Part shown: positions 1 through 9,700 of the stretch, piece after piece
Layout: each line of letters opens with the position of its first letter
How positions within the stretch are numbered: position 1 is the first letter of the stretch
Source of the DNA: a virus
IMG/VR virus record: IMGVR_UViG_3300017750_000004
Reading direction: 5' to 3' (one strand)
DNA: 64,000 bases
Translations under genes and position numbers: made by a program
Notes under the pieces: generated by a model
What the model was told of the DNA's origin: nothing
Database searches by the model: none
Seen by the model: only the letters and a program-made list of their open reading frames with translations

Positions 1-637
1 GAATATCACCTTTAATATGCAAATTATTCCAAGCATTGGAACTACTTCCTAAATTTTTTGTGAGACCAGTGCGTGGAGCTAAATCTACACTCAAACTTTG
101 TAGCTCTGTCTGTACCCAATTACTGTGTACAAAATACTGGCTATTATCCCCTAAGGGGATAGCTACTCCTCCACTTAACTGTATAGGGCCTAAAAAAGTA
201 CCCCCCGATATTGACATTTTACTAGCAACTGCACTATTTGCTGTAGTGCCAGCAGCATTTGCAGCTCCTTGAGCAGTTCCTATCTTTACATCTAAGTCGT
301 GTGCAAAATATTTTAGCTCTTTTTCAAGACCTACAAGACCTTTCTTAAGAGAAGTAAAATTTGTATCAATTTCAGGTATTGTAAGCAGTTCTTCGTTCGG
401 TTTATGAGGAACTGCTGTAGTTTGATTATTTTCATGCTCGTACGACTGGTCAGTAACTTTTGTAACAACAGTTACATTTTTACTAACTTGTGCCTCCCAC
501 TCGCCCGTACCAAATGCCCCGCCCTGTTTATCATAGATATACTGAATTCCATTCCGGAGGACCGGAATGGAGTATTGATCAGCAGGATCTGCGTAAGCAG
601 GTACTGGCAATGAGGGAGATGTACGAGAATGAGCCAT
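1..637 (-). CDS. Tail fibre / virion protein, partial (runs off left edge)
   Basis: Hand-translated open frame from ATG 637 (MAHSRTSPSLPVPAY...KPNEELLTIPEIDTNFTSLK...) to the window edge with no stop. The LT-x-x-E-x-D-x-NF motif is typical of fibre N-termini; lies in the tail cluster. Confidence 0.65.
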   Translation of the reverse strand, partial: MAHSRTSPSLPVPAYADPADQYSIPVLRNGIQYIYDKQGGAFGTGEWEAQVSKNVTVVTKVTDQSYEHENNQTTAVPHKPNEELLTIPEIDTNFTSLKKGLVGLEKELKYFAHDLDVKIGTAQGAANAAGTTANSAVASKMSISGGTFLGPIQLSGGVAIPLGDNSQYFVHSNWVQTELQSLSVDLAPRTGLTKNLGSSSNAWNNLHIKGDI

Positions 638-642
638 CTAAA

Positions 643-2691
643 TTATATAGTACTGTCCTGTAGCTGTACAGACCAAGTAATTTGCAGAGTATCTGCTGTT
701 GCTTTGTTTACAGGGTCAAAAGTTGTACGGCAAAGCATAGTTTGCGTAATAGGCCCTTGAGTAAAACCGTACGCGTGTGCTGAAATGCTTTTACCTTGAG
801 AAGTCAAAACTCCCTCTACAGGACCAATATTAGTATCTCCATTTGCAGTAAGAGTAAGTTGAGTTCCGCTAGTGGGAGATACTAATGCAGTTCTAGAATC
901 AATATGAGCCAGTTCATTTATAACTGAATCAGTTGGAGTAGTGTACGCGCGGTCGGCAACATCAAAAATACCTAGGTCTGCTCTATGCTTATTAAAGATT
1001 CCTGCCTCAGTAATCGGATAAACTCGATTTTGAGGAGCTCTCGTTACATCATTTGAAGTTTGATGAATCTTTTTATAGTCTACTTCTGGGCGAGGGTTAT
1101 TCTCTTTAAAAGTAGCAACATATACAATTCTGTCACCATTTTTCTTTGCACCAGCAACAGCATTGGGCGCATAAGAAGCTACAGGATTATACTTTACAAA
1201 ATCTTTTACTGCAGTATTATATCTAGCAATAGCTTCACCTCCTGTTCCAGTTACTGTTAGACCCCCAATTTGACCATAATCATTTTCTTCTTCGGGGTAC
1301 CCTTCTGGTAGTGTGTTTTTGCCGTCTGCAATAATGCTAGAACCTATTAAGGCTCCTTGGAAGATACCGTCTACTGCTGTTCCAAATTGAACAAACTCTG
1401 TTCCTCGTTTAGTTGGATTATTTGTTGTAGATGTTGCTCCAATAACTCCGGTCGTTCCTGAAGGCTTGTCCTCCTCAGCTCCTAAGAAAGGAAATCTTGC
1501 TATAGAAGTTGAGTCAGCTGAAGTAGTTCCATCTAAAACTGCAAAGGCTGCTTCATCTACAGTAGTCACGATACCGGAAGTTCCAAAACCAGTAGTTAGT
1601 GGAAGTCCGTTACCATCTGTATTAAGTAATTCGATATTATACTCGATTTCTCTTTCATAAAAAGCACCAATCTGACCGCGAGTAATACCAAGCAGTCCTT
1701 TTCCATTTTCTTTATAAGGACTTGTTGAGGTAAAAGTATTACCTCGTGCTTGAGCTGCTCCAAAAGGCCCCATAATACCCGGATTGGTTGTAGTAGTAGT
1801 TCCATTAGGTTGAAAAACTGACTTCACACTCTCAGTTGTGGGATGATTTGGCATTAAAGAATTGGTGCTATAAGTAGTCAAAGAAATACGATCTACATAG
1901 TCTATATCAAGATTAACTTTTGTAGAATTACTTGCAGGAGTATGACTACCAGGAAGTGCTCCGTTCAAAGTAATTTTACTCGCTGAAGAGCTTTCTGTAA
2001 TACCTGTTTCAATTGCTTCAATCTTTAAGGGACTAGCAAGCTGAGCCGAAGTAGCATTAGAGTTAGGAGTAGACCCATCACTTGTAGCAGCAATACCACT
2101 AATTTGTAGGCCTACACGAAGCTTACTTAAAGTACTTGGGTTTCCTCCGCTTCCTGTTTCGAATCGAATAACACTTTTTCCGTTTTCTGTTGCATGCATA
2201 GGAACTGCGGCACTATTTGCATCAGTTGCTTGTGCTAGTGCTTGATTTTGTAAAGTAGCATAATCAGTGGCAAGAGTAGTGTCTTTCATTAGTTGAACTC
2301 GAAACCCTCTTTCATCTTGAAGCATTTTATCATAAGATGCGGGAATCGCTGCTCTTTTTCGAGAAGACACTGTAGGAGCAGTACTAACATTGAAACCAGT
2401 ATCTGTTACTCCGGGAATATTGTTCGGCAAAGAATCAAAATCTAATGCTTCGTAAGTATTTTGATCGTTTCGTGCGGCGGCTCCGATTCCGATTGCCATG
2501 TGGCTCATCATTCGGGGCATCTTATGTAAACCTCCACGATCTTGCCCATCATCAATCATTCGACCGATAATATGAGCGATACCTGCACGAGTTACTTTAT
2601 TTCGTATGGTTTTATGTTGCTTTACCTTTCCGTCTGCATCACGAAGGACTAGGTTCACAACACCTTTTAATCGACAATCGTCTAAATACAT
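643..2691 (-). CDS. Tail-associated structural protein (expanded member of a small tail/collar protein family)
   Basis: Motifs LKGVVNLVLRDADG...NKVT, MSHMAIG, YVATF, ITEAGIFN and TMLCRTTF...VNK...DTLQITW, separated by long Ser/Thr/Gly-rich inserts. Confidence 0.6.
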   Translation of the reverse strand: MYLDDCRLKGVVNLVLRDADGKVKQHKTIRNKVTRAGIAHIIGRMIDDGQDRGGLHKMPRMMSHMAIGIGAAARNDQNTYEALDFDSLPNNIPGVTDTGFNVSTAPTVSSRKRAAIPASYDKMLQDERGFRVQLMKDTTLATDYATLQNQALAQATDANSAAVPMHATENGKSVIRFETGSGGNPSTLSKLRVGLQISGIAATSDGSTPNSNATSAQLASPLKIEAIETGITESSSASKITLNGALPGSHTPASNSTKVNLDIDYVDRISLTTYSTNSLMPNHPTTESVKSVFQPNGTTTTTNPGIMGPFGAAQARGNTFTSTSPYKENGKGLLGITRGQIGAFYEREIEYNIELLNTDGNGLPLTTGFGTSGIVTTVDEAAFAVLDGTTSADSTSIARFPFLGAEEDKPSGTTGVIGATSTTNNPTKRGTEFVQFGTAVDGIFQGALIGSSIIADGKNTLPEGYPEEENDYGQIGGLTVTGTGGEAIARYNTAVKDFVKYNPVASYAPNAVAGAKKNGDRIVYVATFKENNPRPEVDYKKIHQTSNDVTRAPQNRVYPITEAGIFNKHRADLGIFDVADRAYTTPTDSVINELAHIDSRTALVSPTSGTQLTLTANGDTNIGPVEGVLTSQGKSISAHAYGFTQGPITQTMLCRTTFDPVNKATADTLQITWSVQLQDSTI

Positions 2692-2703
2692 TTAATTTCT
2701 CCT

Positions 2704-5589
2704 TTAAAATTGGCGTGACCTGCCAGGGGGTATTGCGGCAACATACGGTTGTAAAAAATATGGGCCTTTTGTATATTCTTCATCTCTAATAAAGGCGACT
2801 CCTTTTTCAGAGGATTGAAGAACGTTATCAATACTTCTTCTTGGGAGGTATTTTTTTCGCACTAAATCTTGTGCGGTCAAACCTAGTTCATGTATAATTT
2901 TATTCATGACCCAAGGGTTAAAATCATCATTTGTTGTAAAAGTAGACCTTTTTATAGCAATACTTGCAGGAGCAGTTAAAAAGAAATCTTTTAAATCTCC
3001 AATTGTTTTTAAAGGCTTTTCTAAATCTTTTATAACTTCTTCATCATCTACGGCTATTTTATCGTTTTTAATACCTTTTCCCATTTTAAATGCAAAAATA
3101 ATATCATCTACAAATGCTTTATTTCCTATAATTTTTGCTCTTGCTCTTTGCATTAAAACTTCTTTTGTTGCGGCAGAATCTATTGATAAAGGTTTAGTTA
3201 CATCTTTTACAACTTCTTCATCGTCTACATCTATTTTGTCTTTTCTAAAAGCGGGCTTAAAAGTAAAAAATACATCGCCACTTCCTCCCGCGTCTCTATC
3301 TCTGCTTATTATACCCAGTACTTCTCCATGAATTAAAGAGTTTGCAGTTACTAATGTTATATCTTGTGTACTACTTTTTGATGCATGATGTATAATTTTT
3401 TCAATATCTTTATTAAGTCTGCGAGCATCAAAATCTGCCTTGTCTAGCAGTTCAAACTGTCTAATTATATCTGTAAAACTTTTTAATAAAACTTTATCGC
3501 TTTCTACTCGTGCTTTTGTAGGGTTTACAGTATTTATTCTAAAGGCTCCGTTATCAGTAAATAAAGATTTTATTGAATCAAAAGTTTCTCTATGAGAAAG
3601 ATCTACACCCTCAAATAAAGGTTTAGTTACATCTTTTGCTTCTGTACTTTGTAACAGTACTCTATCTGATTCTACCCTAGATTTAGCTGAAGTAAGTACA
3701 GGATCTTTTAAATCAAATATTTCAAATAAAGCCCTATTCATATTGAAAAACTCTATGTCAGAAAGATCAATACCCTCACGCAGAGGTTTTACAACTTTCT
3801 TTTGTTTTTCTGTGCTAGTCGATACTCGCTCACCTTTAATAATTGTTTCTGCAGGAGAATCAATAAGATGACTAAAGCTTTCAATATTTTCGGACCTTTT
3901 TCCTACTCCTATATCTTTACTATGCCTGTCTAAAAGTTTTACTTTTTGATTCGATAGTGCAGTAGTTATTTTCAATTTTTGCCTGTCAGAACTAAAGAAT
4001 TTTGTAAGTAAAAAAATTACTTTTGGGGTAAGTACGTGTTCTTTTTGTACTAGTAGTTCTAATAGCCCTTTTCCTATTTTATCAGGGTGCTTTTCATCAG
4101 CTACTTTAAATGTTTGGGGGCTTAATGTTATAGACTGGGCAAAAGTTATTACTTCTTCGAAGTCTACTTTTTCTGTTGGTAGAAATTTTCCTTTTGGAAT
4201 AAGAGCCTCTGACAAAACATTTAATAATTCTTTGGGCCTTTGGAAAGACCGTTTCTTTATTTCTTTTATTTCAGAAACTATTTTTACTAGTGCTCCTTTA
4301 AAATCTTCTGTTTTTGCATTTTCTATATTTGCTAAAACCGGAGTATTTTCTGCTGTAAATGTATATAAAGGGGCATTTAAGTTTTGATTAAACCAAAATC
4401 CTCCGGTTTGTAGAGTACTTCCAGGGCCTTTAGGCAAATTAAGACTTCCTGAATCAAAAACTTCTAAAAATTTTATAGCGCCTACATTAATATCGTCTAA
4501 GGGAGTGCCCGTGTCTTTACTATACTCTAAAGGACTTGCTGCATATATTAAAGGGCCTCTATAAGCACCAAAAGAACCGGTAAAAATTGGGAAATTTTGC
4601 GCAGCAAATACTTTATAGTACCCCGGCATCCACCAATAAACATAAGAACCTGTTATACCAAGCTGGCCGCTGGGGTAAAAATTTTCAAGCTGGTACTTTA
4701 ATTCTGGCATGTACTTATCCCAATCATACCAGTCGTTTGTAAAATTTGACCACCTTGGAGTTAAATAGTTTCCTTGAGTACTGGGCGTATAAAAGTTGTT
4801 AACAGACCTTCCAGCAGGAACAAAATAAGGGCCTAAAGAAAAATAGTTATTTCCATATGGGCCGCTTGAGCTAAAAGTTCCATTACTTCTATATTGATAT
4901 TCCCAGTACTTCCATTTTGTATCATTTAAAGGCCAAGTATTCGCTGTATATCCAGTACCAAAATCACCTCTTGGTTTCAATCCTTGTTGTAAATTATTTA
5001 CGCCTCCCTGAGTTACTGGGTGAGACATTGCAATTGCTATGTCTGCTAAAGGGTATCGTACGATTCCCCCTGTCCCTCTATGCATAATTAACTTTTGTTC
5101 TTTAGCAACATGGTTAATTGCATTTATAATCTCTTTAAAGTTTCTATTTTGCAAATATATAACATCGTCTACATTATCACTAATTTTAAATATATCTGCT
5201 ATTGCTTTTTCTTGTTCGATTGTAAACCTTGAAATAGCCTCTATTGATTCTTGTCTAAGAGTAGAAAGCTTTGTATCTAATAAGTCTTTTATACTTACAA
5301 AATTTACTAGTCTTTTTGAGTGTAATATATCTACAACATCTGCTAGAGTTACGGTATTTGCAATTTCTTCTTGAAGAATTATAAAAATATCTATTGCAAT
5401 ATCAAATAAACTTGGAGTATTTGACTGTACATTAAATAAAAGAGGCGCTTTGCCTCCATCTACTCCTGAAACTATCGGATCATTTGATAGGGCTGTGGAA
5501 CCCATTCTCAAACCATTTGTAGTAATTTTTTGAAATCTAGGATCGTCTTTTGCTTCCGCCAATAATACTTTTATATCGAAATCAGCCAT
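2704..5589 (-). CDS. Large tail-associated protein with internal repeats
   Basis: 961 aa ORF with repeats (KPLxEGxDLS twice, DKIxVDDEEVxKDxxKPL twice) and an aromatic-rich internal domain; tail cluster context. Confidence 0.55.
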   Translation of the reverse strand: MADFDIKVLLAEAKDDPRFQKITTNGLRMGSTALSNDPIVSGVDGGKAPLLFNVQSNTPSLFDIAIDIFIILQEEIANTVTLADVVDILHSKRLVNFVSIKDLLDTKLSTLRQESIEAISRFTIEQEKAIADIFKISDNVDDVIYLQNRNFKEIINAINHVAKEQKLIMHRGTGGIVRYPLADIAIAMSHPVTQGGVNNLQQGLKPRGDFGTGYTANTWPLNDTKWKYWEYQYRSNGTFSSSGPYGNNYFSLGPYFVPAGRSVNNFYTPSTQGNYLTPRWSNFTNDWYDWDKYMPELKYQLENFYPSGQLGITGSYVYWWMPGYYKVFAAQNFPIFTGSFGAYRGPLIYAASPLEYSKDTGTPLDDINVGAIKFLEVFDSGSLNLPKGPGSTLQTGGFWFNQNLNAPLYTFTAENTPVLANIENAKTEDFKGALVKIVSEIKEIKKRSFQRPKELLNVLSEALIPKGKFLPTEKVDFEEVITFAQSITLSPQTFKVADEKHPDKIGKGLLELLVQKEHVLTPKVIFLLTKFFSSDRQKLKITTALSNQKVKLLDRHSKDIGVGKRSENIESFSHLIDSPAETIIKGERVSTSTEKQKKVVKPLREGIDLSDIEFFNMNRALFEIFDLKDPVLTSAKSRVESDRVLLQSTEAKDVTKPLFEGVDLSHRETFDSIKSLFTDNGAFRINTVNPTKARVESDKVLLKSFTDIIRQFELLDKADFDARRLNKDIEKIIHHASKSSTQDITLVTANSLIHGEVLGIISRDRDAGGSGDVFFTFKPAFRKDKIDVDDEEVVKDVTKPLSIDSAATKEVLMQRARAKIIGNKAFVDDIIFAFKMGKGIKNDKIAVDDEEVIKDLEKPLKTIGDLKDFFLTAPASIAIKRSTFTTNDDFNPWVMNKIIHELGLTAQDLVRKKYLPRRSIDNVLQSSEKGVAFIRDEEYTKGPYFLQPYVAAIPPGRSRQF

Positions 5590-5772
5590 TTAGATCACTA
5601 TATTTATTTGATTGGACCCCACCTCTTTTAGTTTAGGAGAATCTTCTATCAAAGAAAAGAATACCGCAGTATTAGTTTTTCGAGTTGCTAAGTCTGGAGT
5701 TGTTAAAGTTGTTTTTTTCAGTACAGGAGTATTTCCTGCATTTGCTCCAAACAGTATTAAATTCTTTTTCAC
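5590..5772 (-). CDS. Hypothetical protein
   Basis: 60 aa ORF overlapping the upstream stop (GTGA-type overlap) and abutting the downstream ATG. Confidence 0.5.
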   Translation of the reverse strand: MKKNLILFGANAGNTPVLKKTTLTTPDLATRKTNTAVFFSLIEDSPKLKEVGSNQINIVI

Positions 5773-6116
5773 GATCCAAAATCGTCTCTGACTTTTATAT
5801 CAATTAACTCAAAAACACTCATTACCTCTCCATTTGCAAGAGTAAATTCAATTTCTGCTTCATAAAACCCTTCTTCTGGCCCCGTGCCGCTCGAGGGCGC
5901 CAAGAAACTAGAAAGAGGAAAGACCAAAAGTCCTGCTGCTAGATTAGAAGTAACGGTATCTAAAGGAATAGTTGCTAGTATTGAAGTCGTAGCTTTTTTA
6001 CGGATACGTAAATTTATGGTGCCAGACCCTACGAAAGCCTCTCCAGTATCTGATCGAGTTACAGTCGCCTTTAGCTGCGGTCCTGTATCTCCTTTTACTA
6101 CTTGAATTATATCCAT
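5769..6116 (-). CDS. Fibre-attachment / collar protein (BppU-N or T5 p132-like)
   Basis: MDIIQVVKGDTGPQLKATVT...YEAEIEFT...FELIDIKVRDDF resembles Ig-like baseplate/collar adaptors; first gene after a promoter, with RBS AGGAG. Confidence 0.55.
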   Translation of the reverse strand: MDIIQVVKGDTGPQLKATVTRSDTGEAFVGSGTINLRIRKKATTSILATIPLDTVTSNLAAGLLVFPLSSFLAPSSGTGPEEGFYEAEIEFTLANGEVMSVFELIDIKVRDDFGS

Positions 6117-6163
6117 TTACTTTAACGTACTCCTAGAGGAGGCTTTTATTACAAGTTAAAATG

Positions 6164-6192
6164 ATTATATCAATCCTCACATGAAATGTCAA
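6164..6192 (-). promoter_or_regulatory. Sigma70-type promoter
   Basis: TTGACA-17 bp-TATAAT on the minus strand. Confidence 0.85.
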
Positions 6193-6209
6193 GAGTTATT
6201 TTTTAGTGG

Positions 6210-6779
6210 TTATATGAAATCTGGACCGGAGTACCATTGTACTAAAGAGTATCTAACACCTTTTGTAACTGTAAATACTTTATGTTTTAGTGAAGACCCA
6301 AAAACTATTATTGTGCCTTGTACTTTTGCTCCAGAGTGCCAGCTAAAAATTTCATTTTCATTCCAGTAGTCTCTAATATGAAAATTTCCTCCTTCATAAG
6401 AAGTAGGATCAGAAAGTTGAACAGTAACAGAAAGTTTTCTCTGAAGGGAGTGCGCTGCATCACAATCTCTGTGCCAGTCGTAATGTTCATCTTTTTCGTA
6501 GATAGTAAACTGAGGGGCCTCTCTACTTGTTAATTGAAAAAACCAATTATTTAACATATTTGCTCTATATACATAATTAAATAAAAGATTATCTATCCAG
6601 CCATTTTTAGCTAACCAAGCAATATTTCCCTTTCTCATGTTTTCATCTATAGTTTCATTGTTATTTATCGTTCCTTGTGTTTTAGTCTGGGCCAGACCTT
6701 CAGTTATAATTGCATTACAAATATCTAAAGATAACTCTCCTTCCCATAAAGAGAAGGGAGTATTTATTAATTGTTTCAT
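6210..6779 (-). CDS. 2OG-Fe(II) oxygenase (prolyl-4-hydroxylase-like)
   Basis: HxD motif (YDWHRD), RKLSVTVQLSDP..YEGG, distal His and Arg (LKHKV...GVRYSLVQW). Confidence 0.9.
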   Translation of the reverse strand: MKQLINTPFSLWEGELSLDICNAIITEGLAQTKTQGTINNNETIDENMRKGNIAWLAKNGWIDNLLFNYVYRANMLNNWFFQLTSREAPQFTIYEKDEHYDWHRDCDAAHSLQRKLSVTVQLSDPTSYEGGNFHIRDYWNENEIFSWHSGAKVQGTIIVFGSSLKHKVFTVTKGVRYSLVQWYSGPDFI

Positions 6780-6782
6780 TAA

Positions 6783-9700
6783 TTAAAGTCTTCCAAGTAT
6801 TACACGAATCCTACTCGAATCTCTTATAAGTATTCGAGGCCCTGTTCCGCTAGGTCCTGAACTGCCGTCCATAAAAATAGAACTTGCAGTATTCGAATTG
6901 TCTGCGGAAATTTGTAGCTGAGTGGCACCGATTGCATTTGCAAATAATACATCTGCATTAATTAAAGACTGGCCAATCCATTGCGAAGAAGAACCATTAA
7001 ATCTAAAAGCTCTTTGTTCATTATTATTATTTTGAACAATTGCAACAGCTCCGTCCACATATGTTCCTGTAGGAATTGTACTAGAAGCAGGAGTACTACT
7101 ATTACTTTGAACTATGTATAAGAACCCGCCTGCGCCGTCTGCTCCTTGAGTTCCAGCAGATCCCGGGGGTCCTTGAGGCCCCGTACTACCTGGAGGGCCT
7201 GACTGTCCCGGAGGTCCCATAGCTCCTGGTGTTCCCGGACTTCCCGGTACACCATCTTGTCCTGCAGGTCCTGTTGCCCCATCCTGACCATCCTGACCAT
7301 CCTGACCATCCTGACCATCCTGACCATTCTGACCATCCTGACCATTCTGACCATCGTTACCATCCTGACCATCGTTACCATCGTTACCATCGTTACCATC
7401 GTTACCATCGTTACCATCAGTACCATCAGTACCATCATTGCCCGGAGGTCCAGTAAGCTGAATACTTGGAGCTACAAGTGAGATTGTTCCTGCGCTGGCA
7501 TCAAATTTAAAGTAATTAGTACTGTTTCCAACTACAAAATCGCCTGAGCCATCCATATAAAAACCAGCATCATTATCACTAAAACTAGTTTTATTTATAC
7601 TGTTTATTTTTCCAGATGCAGGAGATGATGAAGTTCCAACAGTTATTCTTTCTCCTGCTCTTATCGCATTACTAATAGTTGTATTCGCAGCTAGCGTATT
7701 AGCAGAAAGGGTACCAGTTACAATTGCACTTCCATCAATAAACTCAGTTACTACCGAACTGAAACTAGAGGCGCTCACGGGGCCATTAGTGCCACTATTA
7801 TTTGTTCTGGAGCCTGTATAAACTCGTGTTGCTGCGTAAGGCGGGGAGCTTAGTGTGACTCTATCGTTAGGAGAAATGTGCCCATCTGTGGAGCTACCAA
7901 TTACCAATCCTGCAGCAGCTTGAGCCGCGGAGGCTGTTAAAGTTCCTGCCCAAGCCGATGCAGTTGTTGTTCCTACTGAGCCGAAAGTAAAGGTTGCTCC
8001 GTCTCGAACTGATTGTTTAACTTTTGAAAATCTTAAAATATGAGTTTCAATTAATGAGTCATTATCCCCTAAGTCTCTAATTTCTACCGTTAAGGAAGCC
8101 GTAGTCACAGAAGCAGAAGTAAGAATTGTAGAACTAGTACTGCTAATAGTAACTATTCCTGTACTACTAACTGATCCCACACAGTTCACAGGATTAGTAA
8201 GAGTTATAGAAAATTTCGTATCGTTAGCGCCTCCAGTTGTAGCATAAGTATAAGAGGTGCCTCCTTTAGTTACAGAAAAACCAGTTGAAAAATTATTATT
8301 ATTACTGCTAACAATTCCATTTTCATTTGCAATAAATAAATGAGAAGAATTTGTGCCTGCTACATTATAAGCATCCTCTCCGGGCGAAGCTGGGGTAGCA
8401 TTTATTCCGGGTTTGTTTTTGAACAAAGATTGTTGAACGTTAGTAGTGAGAGTCGTTGAGGCAGAATCCGCGCCGGTTATGGTCCAAGTGATTGTTTCGG
8501 AATTGTTAAGACCATTTCCACCAGTATTAAAACTAGCATCAGCAATAGTAATAATTTGATTACCATTTGTTCCTCCCCCATATGAAATATTACCTGCTGT
8601 TAAATCGGAATCAGAAGATTGTACGTTCGAAATATACCACTCACCAGGATTTAAATTAATAGCACTATTATTTTTATTTGCTGTACCATCATTTGTACCT
8701 ACATACTTTCCTACTTGGTTTCCTATGAATACTTCCATTGTACCACCAGAGCCGGAAAGAGTAGAGGTTGAAATAGTCCCATCACTTGCAGAGTCGATTG
8801 GGTAAGTATTATTTGGAAAGTTTACATTTAGCCCAGTTGAATTATCTGTTATGTAAAGAATAGGAGTACTATCAGTTGCGGAAACAACTCGTGGATTTAT
8901 ATCAAGAGACGCTTCTGCTTCTACATATTTTGGTCTAAAATCTGTGCCGGAGGGTCGTCCGTCTCCGTATCCAAGATTTGTGGCTGTTCCATTAATTACT
9001 ATTGATGAGCTCGAGTTTAAAGTATAGGTAGCTACTCCATCAGTATTTATGGCTGTCCAATCTTGTAAAATATTTCCATTATGATCTTTAAATCTAATGT
9101 AGGCTCCGTCATCGTCAGTTGTCGGAGCAGGAAAATTAAAAGCAGTAGCAGTAAATACTATTGAGCTTGGGTCCGGATTTGCATTTGAACTATCGTATCT
9201 TACTGAGCTATCATCTCCTAAAATAGATACAGTTCTGCCTTCTGTGCCAGAAGCTCCATCCTTTACACCAAAAATTTTAATTGTTTGAGTTACTTGCTTC
9301 GCCGCATTATCAGGATCAAATTTTTCACGAACAATTACTGAAAATTCTAAAGGGAGAGAAGAAAATGCGGGTACTTCATCTGAATCTGAAGAAGCACCTG
9401 CTATTTGTTTCGTAAATTGTCCGGTGGCAAAATTAGTAACATCAGCAAATGCAGTATCTTCACTATACGTTGAATTTGGTAAAAAGTTCCCTGTTACTTT
9501 AAATTGAGGGGCTTCAAAACCAATTGCTACACCAGTTAAAGTAAGATCTGTGTAAGGACTTTGCAATTCATTGGTTATAGTTCCTCCACTAGCTCCTACA
9601 GTATTATAGTTAAGAGTAGAAAAATTAGAGTCAAGAACAACTGCTCTTGGCCTGCCAATATCCGGGTCTAAAGTACAGTAATTAGTGAATGAGCCTGTGT

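Noticed and set aside
7112-7481. Repeat-derived ORFs (MVTMVT..., HPDHPD..., ILTILT...) and a CRISPR-like look
   Set aside because: These are alternative frames of the collagen 9-bp array; there are no unique spacers and no cas genes.
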